A stretch of DNA of 64,000 nucleotides from Raillietiella orientalis (lineage: Eukaryota). The stretch is from NCBI GenBank assembly GCA_036172245.1, contig JAYWIR010000013.1, positions 2,914,001-2,978,000 of the forward strand, in the 5' to 3' direction. The notes below the pieces were generated by a model. The model worked only from the letters and a program-made list of their open reading frames with translations, was not told the DNA's origin and searched no databases. Position numbers and translations under genes: made by a program. Below are positions 25,551-38,531 of this stretch, in pieces. Positions within the stretch are counted from its first letter, which is position 1. The number at the start of each line of letters is the position of its first letter.

Positions 25551-27878
25551 CATATGTTTGAGAAAAATGAAAACATTTTATTTAATGTAGTGTAAATAGG
25601 CAATTACAATGGCAACTTTGATCAGCACTTTATAAAGTCAATCGGTGGTGCCTCGACGGAGCACGCGGCACGCGAAAAGGCGTTCCGTCCACGGAGGTCG
25701 CAGCTCGCGTGCCGTCGACGCAGAACGTTTCAATCTCATGAGCTCCGCACCCAAAGGGTGAAAGACGTGTGGCAGCGTTTCAGATGGGAAAACGAAAAGG
25801 AAATTCGGCAGATGCAAAGGTCGGAGCCATCTTCATGCAAGCAGAAGATGGAAGCTTTCTCTTTGGACTGCAAAGGCTTTGCTGGATTCGGCAAGAGGAG
25901 GATCCTTGAAGGAATGCACCCGCTTCGGCATTTGCAACTGCATCCGGGCACAGCCTGGGGCTGCAAACCTTCCGCATTTACAATACTGCAAGACACCTTC
26001 GAGGAGAAAGCGCTGCTGTGGACATTCAAAAAGAATTTATTAGATGCTTTCTTTTGTTACTACGTTTCTCGATTACTTCCTTCATCTTCTTGCATCTTTT
26101 GATTTCACCCAGATCAAAGAAACGGCAGGACAGAGAGGAGGAATGCATGCTTGCACTGTCGCAGGAAGAAAAACACGGGAGGAAATCAACATGGAAATCC
26201 CTGTTCATATAGAGTCACGCCCCAGGATGCATTAGAAAAAAAGGGAAGGAAAAAAAAAAAAAAAAGAAGAACTTCAGGAAGTTTCGATCCAACTATCAGC
26301 CAACTATCCGACCTCGGTGACATCCAGAGCCCATAAGATTGCTGTAGTGGCCACATATCCATGACATGCTCGTGGGTGGACTAGTGGCCCCTCGCCATCT
26401 TCCTGGACAGCTCAGTGATGCTTCCCAACTTCCATGGACGCCACTGCACAGGGGTTTCCCCGTGCAACCAACTCCGGCCAGCTCCGGGCGAGAGCAAACG
26501 CATCTCCGAAGTGCGTCAGGAGAACGGCGATCGAATCTCTCCCTCGCCTGTTGTTGGGCTGAGAATTCCTCCCGCGATGGATGGCAGTGCGTGGCAGCAG
26601 CCCTCTTGCAGCATGGAGGACTGCCCTCCACAGCACTCGAGGCGGTTTTTCGCACCGGAGGGACTCTCGACTGCCAGCCCGCTGGCAGCCTGTGCTGCAC
26701 ATGTGCAGCCGTGGTGGTTCGCCAAGAGGTGGGGTAGCAACGGAGGATGGGCGTCCATGTCACTCCCCATAATGATAAGGACCAGATAGGCTCATCCCGA
26801 TAGCAAATCGAGGACGCCTTAAGAAAGATGCCACGCGGATGTATCGTGGATCCTTCCCTCCCTTTCTTTCCTCATATCCTGCCAAAGGCAAGAGTGCTAA
26901 CCTCGAGTGTCCACATGCACATTATTTTCATCCATTTATTTATTCATAGGTATGTATTTTCTCCCACTTGCGAGTTGGCGTGCTCTGGACTGCATAGATG
27001 AGTGTATACCTTTTGATACATATATTTATCTACATAAAATGAAAGTCTTGTCACGGCCAGGTTACAAATCGATTTGCAGTCGAGGTGATTTGCAATCCGG
27101 TTGATGTGAGGGTAGCGGAAGAGGGGGTAGGGGGGATGCTGCAAGAATTCTTTTCCATCACATCGAGAGGGCATTTTCGGTAGTACTTTGTGAGTTTGCT
27201 TTCGGAGCTTTTGTCACACCACGTCATTTCCTCACAGTCGGGCGAAGCGTGTTCTGGAGCAGCTCGGAGCAGAGAAGCTGAAAGCAGAGACCGTGCAGAA
27301 CCTCGGGTTTCTGAGGCGAAAGTCAGGATGGGATCAGGGACGAAGAGGGAAGCGTTTTTTCGAACAAGATAGCTTTGGAGGGTTCGGATCTCCCTCGGCG
27401 CACACGTATTTCTGCCACGTGCTCCCGTGGTTCCGAATGAACCTGTGAAGACCCGGAGATTTCCCACGTGGGAAAGCCATCCATCCCGCGGGGAAGCGAT
27501 GGACTGCTTCCCACTCGAAAGCCCACTCGAAACTGGTTTCCGAAGGAGTTTCGCCTAGGGGGCATACTTCCAAAAGGTCCGTTCGACAGCACACTGGAAT
27601 TCGGATCTCGAGCTGATGCCACCTCTGAGAATCTCCCACGAATGCAAAATGATTCAAACCATTCGGGCCATCGGATTACTCGAGGTAACGTGCCGCAAGA
27701 CTGAAATGAACTGAGGTCCCGTTAACTTCAGAGTTCACGATCGGCGGTAAAGACTGACAGCGGGACGGTGCATCAGCAGCTCGCAGTCTGAAAAAACGAA
27801 CGTACACAAAACTAAACGCTTGGCAGTTTCCCTTGGCTACCGAAATCTTGAAGTTGCAGATCTATTACAGCCAACTCA

Positions 27879-28190
27879 TACGAGGCGCATGTCGAAGGCC
27901 GATGGGATAGAAAAAAAGAACAGACAAGAGAAACAAAAATGTATTGGTGGTTCTGAACACATTCATCCTCGTCTCATTTTTCCACGTGGGCGCCATTTTT
28001 TTTTCCAAACACTTTGGATCACGTGGAAGGAAAAAGCTTTTTGAAACCCTCTACAGAAAATTCCGCCGCCTGGGAGTTCAGCCACTTCAGCAGCACTGCA
28101 GTTTTCCACTCCCCACTTTCCTCCTCGAATCGTCGAGCCACTTCTTGAGGTGCAGGAACGAAGATGTGGTAGTCACTGGGCGCGAGTTCT
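27879..28190 (-). mobile_element. mariner transposon remnant: 3' end of transposase plus terminal repeat
   Basis: Minus strand reads ELAPSDYHIF...RFEEESGEWKTAVLLKWLNSQAAEFSVEGFKKL...KCLEKNGAHVEK* with frameshifts, i.e. the (YSPD)LAPSD motif and C-terminus. The end is TA|CGAGGCGCAT, a TA target site plus TIR. Confidence 0.85.
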
Positions 28191-28779
28191 CTGTATTTGG
28201 TCTCCTTTCTTTCTCTAGCACTCCTGAATGCGTCACGGGAGCCTCTCGAAAGGGTCAGCGACGTCCAGGACGACCACTCCGGTCCTCTTGAGCAGTAACA
28301 GATCATCCTGAAGCAGGCGAGAATCCACTCCGCAGATGAGCGGATTGCAGGAAGCACTTCTTTCGACTTGTCGATCTTCGTCTTCAAATGGTGGGCAGCA
28401 CGTCGTATCGAAACCTGTACAAGAGAGGGGGACGGTAACCAGGAGTTTTACGCGGCATGCGACACCGAAACCCCAAACGATGGGTCCATCTGAATCGGCC
28501 ATTGGGAAACGTGAAAGACGGCACATCTCTCTCCGCTTCTGGGACGATGGAAATCCCTCTGGGGTTCTTTCCTGTCTTCTCTGTTTTCCTTCCAGCTTTT
28601 TTTTGGCTCGCTGAGTACCCTGAGAACCGTCGCGCCCCTGGCGGCGGCCCACGCAGCTCTTAAACACTGTTCCACGCCACCCGAGGCTGCGTGTTGATTC
28701 TTCGAGATAGGGAGGTATCCGAGGAGGAAGTCGCCCTGTGAATCCAGGAACGGCTCGGAGTCCGTTCCTCTTCCGCCTG

Positions 28780-29035
28780 GGTAGGGGTCCCCTCAAGGGA
28801 ACATCGATCCCGGTTGTCTCCGAAGGGAACCCCGAAGGGAGTATCCTCTTCCTTATTCTCTCCGGTGGGACCCTTGCAGGGGCCCGCTCCATTTTTTCTT
28901 CTCCAGAGGGACCCACGGAGAGGGTCCGCTCCTGGAATTCCTTCTCCATAGGGAACCCCCGCTAGGGACTCACTATTGTTTGCTCCCCTGAAGGGAATCC
29001 CGAAGGGAGGTTTCCGAAATTTCCCAGAAGGAGCG
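28780..29035. repeat. degenerate ~42-bp tandem repeat, about 6 units
   Basis: Recurring CTCC..AGGGAnCCCnnnAGGG units with GGG at about 28784, 28825, 28867, 28908, 28951 and 28993. GAAGGGAAYCCCGAAGGGAG occurs at 28822 and 28990 (19/20 identical). Confidence 0.6.
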
Positions 29036-30419
29036 CTCCCCGAAGAGAGCGGCACGCTTCTTTATGCACTCTGGAGAGGCATCATCAATCCACCAGCTCC
29101 ATGGTAACGAGACGGAGGGTCCATCCACGAGGACTCCTTTGCACAACCGGAGGGGGAAGTTCCCCCACACTTCGATTCCTGGGAGGACCCCGGAGGGTCG
29201 ACTTCCATTGTCCCAGCCGATCGGGGGCATCCGGTTTGAACAGCTACCGGCGCTGCTCCCGAATATATGTAGGCGGACCAGAGTCATCTCGCGGGAGGAA
29301 CCCGAACCCATGACGCACCCCCATCTCTCGGCTTCCATTCTTTCAGAGAATTCCAGCCCGAGACGCTTGGTGGTGCCACGCGCGTAGACCTCAGCGGCCA
29401 CGTGGCCTCCGACGCGGTCCCTATAACAGAAGGGTCAGCTCCACGACTGCGTATTTGAACCGAGAGGACAGGTGCGCTTCTCTCGGAAAGAGGTACCACG
29501 AACTTCACCAACCCAGTCCTTACGCTCATCGGGAGATAGGGATGATGTGGAAACTCCTGTCGGTCGGTGGTGACACCCCGGTCGTGGTGAGAGCTTTCTT
29601 AAAACAGAAGTCTTCATAGGCCATCCAGAAGGCAAAGAGTCATTTCGAGCTCTACGTCGATCTCTTTTCTACACAGCAGGTCCTCTCCCTTGTTTCATCA
29701 GCGGAACACACCGGAACGGAAAGCCGGAATCCAGGATTCGTTGCACCTCTTTGCTGATATTCCGGCCCAGAGAAAGCCGACGTCCCTTTTGCTGAGGAAA
29801 GAGGCAACACGCCTGCTACGCCGTCCCAAGTTCTATCCACCGGCAGCCATCTCACCCTCCGGTTTTCACCCGCCGGCGGCGGCGCACCGGTCTCCGCCCG
29901 TGCGCCCACTCCCTCCTCCGCAGACCCCATGTGCGTGAGGTGGAAGCACCAACCAGCCTTTCCGAGATTCCTTCCACCAGAGAAAGGAGGGAGGAGGGCA
30001 CATGACCCGCCCTTGGCGCCCGACACTCCGACCTCGGTCTTGCAGCGTCAGCACCAGAGGGGACACTGCCATGATTTTTTTTTTTTTTTTGGCTTCGTTA
30101 CTAACGTTTTCCTCGTGTCTTCCCGTCGCCGCGTCCTCGCTCGCGTGACGCTTGGGGGCGTCTGCTCGGCAGAGAGCCGCTGGACCTCCACGGAGTTCCC
30201 CCCTTGCAGTTCCGCTCTCCCTGCGTGCGTGCGGTGGGGAAGAGGGTCCTCCTCCACTCCGGGCACGCGCGGGTCGCGGTTCGCGTGCCCCGGAATCGAA
30301 GGGGACACACGGACGTCCGTTCGGGAATGGGGGTGGACCTTTCCTGTCGAGCCCTCCCCCCACGAAGTTGCCTCTGTGACGGCGCTGTTGAGGGTTGACA
30401 CTCGGTTGCGCCGGGGCAT

Positions 30420-30920
30420 TTGTTTATAAAAAAAACATAAACATGCAGGTCAGTGGCAGGACGCTTGGGTCCTGCCATGTTGCAAACGTAACCATGGGAA
30501 CTGCGGAGAACCTGCACACAGGCCGGCGAGATTCGTCTCGGCAGTGGAGGGAACGGGGGACAAACAAACAAAAAAATATATACGCTAAAAAAATTTGGAG
30601 GGTTCAAGATCACCGGGTGCTGGAGGGGCGTCCTCTGCATCGTTTGCAGGATGCCGGCAGGTTCCTGTTTCAGGACTCCCAGATGGGGCCATCTTGACGC
30701 CATCCTCATGAGGAGGGCAGGCAAAATAGATGGCGTCCCTGTCGTCCTGGCATCGCTCCATGCAGCCACGATCCCGCGGAGGGGTTGCTAGGGATGCGGC
30801 CGGTGTGAGGGCGTCGCGCAGGAAGAGACGCTTCTGCAAGTCTCTGTAGAGACGGTAGTTGCCTTGCTGAGGGCAAAGACCAAAGAGTGTCCTGATCTTC
30901 AGCAGCCAGGGGACGTGGAA
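30420..30920 (-). mobile_element. possible 3' fragment of a retroelement or displaced coding fragment
   Basis: Coding-like codon use (WLLKIRTLFGLCPQQGNYRLYRDLQKRLFLRDAL...) followed by a T-rich tail ending ATAAACAAA. No diagnostic motif. Confidence 0.25.
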
Positions 30921-33900
30921 AAAAAAACAGGACCTATTGGTTCGTTGGGAAGCACGCTCGAGGGGAGAAGAAGCCGGTCGGTCACGCAGGGAGTTCAAAA
31001 CAGAGCGGGCTGTTGAGTCTTCAGTTCAGAGGCTGGAAAAGATCGAAGAGGATTGATTGTTGAAGGACACTACAAAAAAAAGAAAAAAGCAAAAATATGA
31101 GGGTAATATTGGAGGAATGGGGTGAGATGGTGCAGGAGGAGACTGACCGGCTCGCCCCTCCCCTGCGGCCCGCTTGCAGTGAGGGCGTAGGCCCCTTCCT
31201 CTCTTTGTCGTGGATGGGGCCGCTCCCGCTCCCCTCTCTCCTTGAATGGGGCGAGACGCTCCTCCTCTTCCATCTCCCCCGTCTCCGACCCGCGTCTAGC
31301 ATCCGCCGCGGACAGAGCGGGGGTTTCTCTCTCGACAAGAGAGATTCCTCCCCCGTTGTCCTCCCCGTTTCATCCCATGTCGTCTCCTGTAGTGTCCCTC
31401 TTTTCTCCCCGGGTCCAACTTCCGCTTCCGGTGTAGCCCCTAGGAAAGCTCTTGCTGGCGGACGCGAGTCCTCTCCTCCCAGCAGGCTCCAAGTAACGCG
31501 TGGAGAAGCCTTCCGTTCCCTCAGGACTCCGCGATCCCGGGGGTGCTGCGGAGCCGCTCGCTCTGGAGGGCGCTGGGGTTCTTTTCTCGGCGGAGCGAAG
31601 GACCGAAGCCCGGGGCTCGCCCCTTAGTCCTTTTCCCCATTCCCACATTTCCTCGGCTTGTTCCCTGCGGCGCTCCGGACGGAAGCTGGTAGGCGCCGGC
31701 GACGTCCAGCAGGCCTGTTCTCCCCTCCTCACCCTGGAGCTCCGAATGCGTTCTAGGATGGTGGAAAGCTGCCGTCTCCCACTCGCCCGGCGTAAACAAC
31801 CCTCCCGGTTCGATCTTCTTCCTCTCCTTCCCATGTGTAGCCGAGGGCGGGGGTTGAGGGTAGCTCGGCGTGGACGCCAGCCCAGGCAGCGAATGGGACA
31901 ATCGTTGCTTGGGTCGACCCTACGGGTGGAAGGTCTGAGGGACTTTCGCTGACAGGCAGGAGGTGCTTTCGGCCGGTAAGGGTGGGGCCTCACCTCAGTC
32001 CAGTCGCGCCACCCAGAGGCCCTTCTCCTTACCCAGGGCTGGCTACAGGGAGCATCAGGTTTTTTTTGCAGTCCTGGCTTTTTCTCGGGACTGCAAACTC
32101 ATGGACGGCGCGGCAAGGGGCAAGAGAGGAGAGTGTTGTGGCGGGGGAACAGGGTGCGTCGAAAGGCGGTCGGCGCTGCGGCAGTTCCTCCTGTCTGCCG
32201 TCCTTCGGGGCAAGGCATCGCCGGCTGGTTCGAGAGGGGGAAAAGATGGGAGCGTTGAGGTTTAGGTGAGGTTGCTCAGCAGAGCACACACCCCACCGTC
32301 TTGTTTCACCTGCTCCGCAGCCACCGAGGAACGATGGAGCCTGGGACAGCCCGGCACCCATGGAGGGGACGAGTCCATAGAGGCGAGCCGCCAGGCGGAT
32401 CCGCCCCTCTGGAACATCGCTGCTGCTCTTCTCCCGGAGGGGTAGAGAGCGGTCCTCCCCGTGACCCGGAAAGCACAGGTCGCACACGCCGGCCAGCCTC
32501 CTTGCTTATTCCTCTTCTCCGAAAGAAAGGGGAGTGGAAATGGCAGGGGCGAGGTAGACGTCCTTCCTGGCCGCGAGGTCTTGCTTCCTCGAAGAGGCTG
32601 CTTCGCCCACCGTGGAAGCTTTCGGTGGAGTGTGGGCGAGGCCGAATGCCGCGCGCGCGAACTCCCGGCGGCTCTTGCCGATAGGGCGGTGTCTGTGGGG
32701 CGCTGCGCCGGCCGGCAGAGGATGGGCGCGGCCTCCACAAGGGCGTGGCGTGCTCCGTGCCGCTCGAAAGGCAGACGTCGCCCGCGTTAGCGAAGGCCTG
32801 GAGGGTGCCGGCGGACAGAAGTTTCTCTCGGACGGGAGAGGAACCGGAGATGCGCCTGCAGCAGTGGGGGGCGGTCGAACCCTCCGGACCGCTACGAAAG
32901 GGACGTCACCAGAAGACCCGCGCCGTCCCATGTCCCCGTCACCTCCTCGTGCGGGAGGCCGCGCCTGCGCTCCTCCGCTTCGGGGACGCTCAGGGCAGGG
33001 GCCCCCGAGGTTGAGCGGGAGCGCCCTTCGAGGGTGGCGGTACAACCCCTTCCTGACCGCTTCCGATGACGCGAGAGAACGCCGGAAGCGGAACCCTCTC
33101 CCCTGGGAGCCCAGCTTGCGGGGCATCTCTCCTCCGCGACTCTTCCCCTTCCCTTTGCTGAACCTGGAAAGGTTTCGACGCAGCGATCACCTTTTCCTCT
33201 TCCTCAGAAGCCACTGGAAGGAGGCCTGTAGGGCGTGGCCAGCGGCAGCTTTCGTAGGGAGGTGCCCTCGGCCCTTCTGCGCTCGCGGGGGAGGCCAGGG
33301 AGCACCGCGGCCGAGAGCGGCGTCGGCGGGAGGTCGCGGGCGTCGCTGGAATGCGGGCGAGGTGGCGTCCGCCCGCAGCTCCGCCGAGAGAGAGAGAGAG
33401 AAGTCCCCGGGCATTTCTCAGCCCCCAGGAGGCCGACGTCAACCTCCTCCCCCCTCCTCCCTTGCCTTGCCCGTAATGAGCTTTCCGTGTTTCCCGGCGG
33501 TGCGCCCCGTCGCCGCCGCCCGCGTCCCCGGGGCGATAGCCGCCGCTAATCGTGGAAGAAGAGACGGCTGCGGTCCAAAATTAGAACCGGACCTCTCCGG
33601 AATCTCGGCGGAGATGGATGTCCCTCGGCGTCTCCCTTCCGAGCGATGCAAGCGCAGCGCGCCTGACCCGGAGGTGGGGAAGGTTGACGTCCACCGCCCA
33701 GAAGCCGAGGCGCGCACGCGCGAACTCTGCTTCTCGGGGATGCGGCGGCGGCCGAGCCTCCCCCCCCCTTCCTTCCCTCGCTGCCGGCCTTCGATAGCCC
33801 CGCCGCGATGCTGGCGCAGGTGCAGCACCTGAATCCGCTCCCGTCTCGCTCCTGAGATCCGCGGAACCCCACGGATCGGAAGTCGACCCGGGGTCTTGGC

Positions 33901-36599
33901 AGGCCTTTAGGAACCGCTGCGCGAGGGCTGGAGTGCGCGCGAACGAAGGACGGCGGCAGCCATCTTGGCCTCTCCGTAGCCCCCGCAGCTCCCGGTGCGA
34001 ACGAGAAGATACCTCCGCTCCTTCGCTTTTCTTCCTTCTTTCCAGAGAGGGAAGGAAAAAGGGAAAGAAGTCCCCCCCCCCCCCGCGCGCGCGCGCACTC
34101 TCCATGAGGTCTCAGAGAACTCAGTGAGGACCCATCGGCTTTAAGAGGAAGGGGGGGGGACTTTTGATCGACGGATCGTAGAGCTGCCCCCCATTCCCCC
34201 CGAAGAGTTCCATCGTTCCCCAGTATGGCTCTTGCTCTCGCCGAGTGAGGTCAGTAGGTCGGGCGAGTCCCTCTGCGCCCAACTCTCCAGCGCTCGTTTT
34301 GCGTCCCGGCGGCAGCGGAAGGGAAGGTCGCGCCACCGCGACCTTCCCACTCTCAGCAGCAGCGCCGTGATGGGCCCTCAACCCCCGGGCCTTCCTGAGG
34401 TTGCCAAGGAAACAGCGAGAGGGAATCCTCTGCGGCCGCGAGCACCTTCCTACAGGGATCGGAATTAGGCGTAGGCGGATTCTTCGGCCTCGCTCCGTGT
34501 TCTGCCGCCCCGTTAGGGCCTAAAATCCACCCGCCTACCCACCTTCCAGCAAGCTCCTCCCCTCGCCGCCCACCCCTCACAGTGATTCCTTTCCCCGCGG
34601 CCCCTTCACTGCCAGGAAACAGAGGCTCCGGGATTTTTTTTCTCCAAGGGAGCTGCTGCGTCTTTTCACCTGGAAGACACCGCTGCTGCGAACCGCCAGG
34701 GATTTTCTTTTCCAGCTGCTCGTGCGGAGGAGCGCCGCCGCCAAGTGGAGGATTGCCGACACGCTGGAAATGACGGATGGGCGGGTGCTTTCTTCTTCCT
34801 CTTCCTCATCTTTTCCTCCCTCTTCCTCCTCTTCCACTTCCACTTTCCTCTTCTTCGAAGAGGAAGAACCTTTTCCGTGGCTGCTTAAACTCACATGGCA
34901 ACGATGAGCAGCGTGAGCGGTGGCGCCTCTTCTAAGGTGGAGCGCTCGCCTTCCGATGGGGGAGAGGCAGGAGGCGCTTCTTTAGGTGAGTGATGCGACT
35001 GCCCCGTGCATTCTCCGGGAGAAGGTGGGAGAGGAAGCCACGGAAGAATGCCCTCTTCCCCTTCCCCCTCACTCCAGAAGATGGCGTCGCCCTCGCTAGG
35101 AACGCGAGCCGCCTGGTCTCCTCCCACAACAGGTGAAGACGCGCGGGAGCGGAAAGACGGAATCCTCATCGGCGGGCTCCTTGCAGCTTTACCCCATCCC
35201 TCCCCCACCCGCGGGGTCCTCTGTAGAGATCTCCGAGTGGCTCGCACCCGAGCGCGCTGCTCCTTCTTCCTCGTGCTCCCATTTCCCTTTCGTTCCCGCC
35301 GCACCTCTGAGGTCCTCCTGGATCGGGACAGGAAGCGCCGACCGCGTGCCCGCGGCGTTCCTGCGGCGCGCGTTCGGGACAGAGCGCGGGAGACGCCACT
35401 CCTCGACCGGGAGACCAAGGGAAGCCACCAAGAGCAAAATTCCGGTTCCGCTGGGACGCGCTGCTTCCCGGGGAGTCCTCTGCAGGGAGCCCTGCGAAAC
35501 GCTCCCTCGCATGCATGCGCCGTCCGCCCGCGGAGCCCGGCTTGACGGAGGGCGGGAATCCACCGTGCCGTCCACCACCGGGTCGCGGACGGGGTGATGC
35601 GGGTGACCGTCCTCTGGCTCTGCCGCTCCCCCTTCCCTTCGGAGCAGCGTGGCGATCCGTGACTGCTGCTGCATAGCGCCGTCCAGCGACTGGCGACCGA
35701 GAAAGTCCTTGCGGCGGCGGCGATGCGAAGAACCGCCGCAGAAGCTGACGAGGGAGGATTGGGGAGGGGGAGCGCGAACGGGCGCCGGAGGCCGCCACTG
35801 CACGTTCGCCATTTTCCGTGGAGGAACTCGCGGTTTGGGAGAGAGCGGGGGGAGATTCACTCCGCCCCGTGGCACAGTTGGCGCACACGCGGCTCCCTCC
35901 CGTGTTCCAGCGCCCCCGGAGTTGTGACTGTACCGGGGTACCCCACCCCCCACCCCCGTTGAGGAAGGAAGTCGCCCCGTGCGCGTTGCGTTGCCGGACG
36001 GAAAGCAACGAATCGTCCAAGAAGATAGCGGAGGGACCACTGGGTCGTCCGGGTAGTTGGGGGTGGGGGAGGGAGAGAATGCCGAGACATCGGGACGCCG
36101 ATCGGAGCGCTCCTTGAAACCCAAAGCCTGGTCTCGTGCGGACGACCAGCCTCTGGCCGGTTTCCCTGACGCCTCCTGCGAAACAGGAGAACCTTCCACC
36201 TAGCCGGTCGGCCACGGTCGTCACGCTCCCTTAGGGAGGCCAGCTCCATGACCAGATGGATGGCGGCGGCGCGTGTCCACTTCTTGTAACCCCTCTTTCG
36301 TACCTACCGCAGGAGCTATTGTCCCTAGGCGTCGTACGGGACGGGGCAGATGCAGGGGAGCCGCTGGCTGGTGGTCGGATGGTGGACCCGAGAAATGATC
36401 TGCGAGCCCCGCGCTGCCCTCTGGTGGACATGACTCTCGCTAGCAGGTGGGCGTACAACTGGCGCACAAAGGAGTGCCGCCACCTCCAGGGAGAGCATTC
36501 GGCGATTTTTTTTTTTTTGGCCTCCAGGAGGCGCGCACCTAGCCGGCCCGCTACCCTCTCCTCCAGGGAGTGAGGGGAGAGGGGGGCGAAGGAGCGGCG

Positions 36600-38492
36600 G
36601 CGTTCAAGCTGGCGCTCCTAGCAGAGTACCCTCCCCCCCCGCACTTCCCCTTTGCCTACCCTCGTGCATGCTTCCGGGGGTTGCGCAGGGAGCGAGTCGC
36701 CTAGGCGACGTAGCGAGTTTGAGTTTGTTTTTTTTCAAAGGCGACTCGAGTGCCTGAGCTCGGCCCGAGTGCCCGTCTGCCCCTGGAGCCGCATTTCCTA
36801 TGCGGCCGCCGTGCTCGCCGGCGAGCTGACCACGAGGAGGCGAACGAGCCGGTTAGAGCCAGGCGCGCGCCAACCAGCCACCCTCCTGGCTCTGCGGCTC
36901 TCCGTTCCACTCATCTTGCTGTTGTCAACGACGGGATCGGGGATGCGGCGGAATGGGACCCTCGTCGCGGTCACCTTCCCTCCCTTCCCCCTCCGAAGCC
37001 AAAAACAAAATGCGCGACCCTGCAGCAGGGTCGTTGGGGAGCCGGTGGTCCAACCAATCGTTTTCCTTTTTTTTTCTTGTCCAGGTTCCGCTCTTCCCCG
37101 GCGCGCGCTGCAGGCTGGCCCTTGCTCCCGAGCCAGCGGGGAAATGCCTCTCGGCAACCCTTCCCCTTCTCGGCACACGAAGAACACAAGTAAAGCGGCA
37201 AACGAACACGATAGAGCCGCAAGGCTGCTGGCGTGTCCGGAAGCTGCGGATCGGTAAATGCAGCCACTACGTCAGCCGACGAGAAACCGCTCGCGGAGAC
37301 CATCTTTGCGATCCCCCCCCCCCGCGAAAATTGCAAAAGCGCCACGGAAGGCGCACACCGGAATTCCAAACAAACACCGGCAGAAATGCGCACGTACGGT
37401 CCTTATGCGGAGATGAATTTTCTTCTTCTTCTTGGCATCCTCCTCCTCACGGCGCCGCTTTCGCTTCCCGAGCGCTCGCGGCGCTCAAGAAGCCGTGGAA
37501 AACGCAGCAGCATCCCGCAAGCCTCCCGTACGGAGCTCCCAAGGTCAAGCCGGCGGCAGATTCCTGGCGGGAGCCTCTGGAATGCAGATAAAAGCTGCTC
37601 GGGAAACGAACGGTCCTGAGGATGCGAGTAAATCAGTGGCCGCGGGATGCGCACGCGAGCTGCGCGGCGGCCGGGAAGAACACTTCCCGCGCGCGCGCGC
37701 GTTGCTCGGTTACGCGAGCTGCGTGTGCCCATTTCGGAGGCGAAAGGGTTTTTTTGTTTTTGTTTTTTTCGCGTGCCGTTCGGGAACGCGTGTTTACTCC
37801 GCGGGCGCTACTCCTTCCCAGCGGGCCTCTTCGTCCGGAGGGCCGCTCGCGCGCGCGCGCTCCGGGACGTGGAAAACCGCCCTCGGGTCTCTCGAAGGTT
37901 CTCGAATCCGCCGAAGGACCGCATCTGCCGTCCGCAGCCCCGCGAGTTTTTCCCGAAACGCGTTGCACACTTTCCTGCCGGTCCATCTTCTCGCGCTCGA
38001 GAGAAGGTTCATTAGATAATGGTTTCTTTCTTTCCGTTTCTTTCCTTTTTTTTTTCTTTTTTCCTTCCCTCCCTCCCCCCCCCCCCCCGCGTGTGCTTTC
38101 GGGTTGGCCAAAATGGCGAATGAGTTTGGTCGCGTCCATTGCTTCGGGGCTCGCCGGCGCGGCTTATCCTCGCAGTGAGTAATGACTAATGGGAGCAGAC
38201 GAACGTGAGTTCCGCGTGCACAGGTGTTCGACGACACGTTCCTGCACTTTCGTTCGCCCCCACGCTGTTGTGTCCTGGCAGCTCGCGAGCCCTTGTCGTG
38301 CGAGGTTTCCCTTTCCGGTGTGATCCCGGATCATCGTGGCCAGGAGGAGGAGGAGGAGGAGGAGAAAAAAAAAAGAGAGAGAGAGAGAGGGAACCCCCCC
38401 CTCCCTCCCGCCCCTTCCCTCCCTCCCTCCCCCCCCCAGAGGAAGAAGGAGAAAAAAAGATAAACCCAACGAAATGTGCGCAGCGGTAACCC
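36600..38492 (+). promoter_or_regulatory. CpG-dense putative promoter / 5' UTR region of the myosin gene
   Basis: Very CpG-rich, with (CG)n runs and GA-repeat and pyrimidine tracts, immediately upstream of the inferred start exon. TSS not located. Confidence 0.35.
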
Positions 38493-38531
38493 ATGACATC
38501 TGAGTCGATGAAGCCTCTGCACTTCGTTCAG
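38493..38531 (+). CDS. Myo22: inferred first coding exon of the unconventional myosin (MTSESMKPLHFVQ)
   Basis: CCATG start, 13 codons, strong CAG|GTATGG donor in phase 0. This matches the phase-0 acceptor before GDLVWFDPG at 56150, and myosin N-terminal SH3-like domains typically begin 'F..GD.VW'. Confidence 0.6.

Noticed and set aside
25654..25718. 10-bp inverted repeat CGGCACGCGA/TCGCGTGCCG
   Set aside because: Short and GC-rich with no supporting context, so plausible by chance.
32612..36224. Long ORFs of 200-406 aa on both strands
   Set aside because: They overlap in several frames, are R/P/G/A/S-rich and lack motifs, as expected from high GC content.
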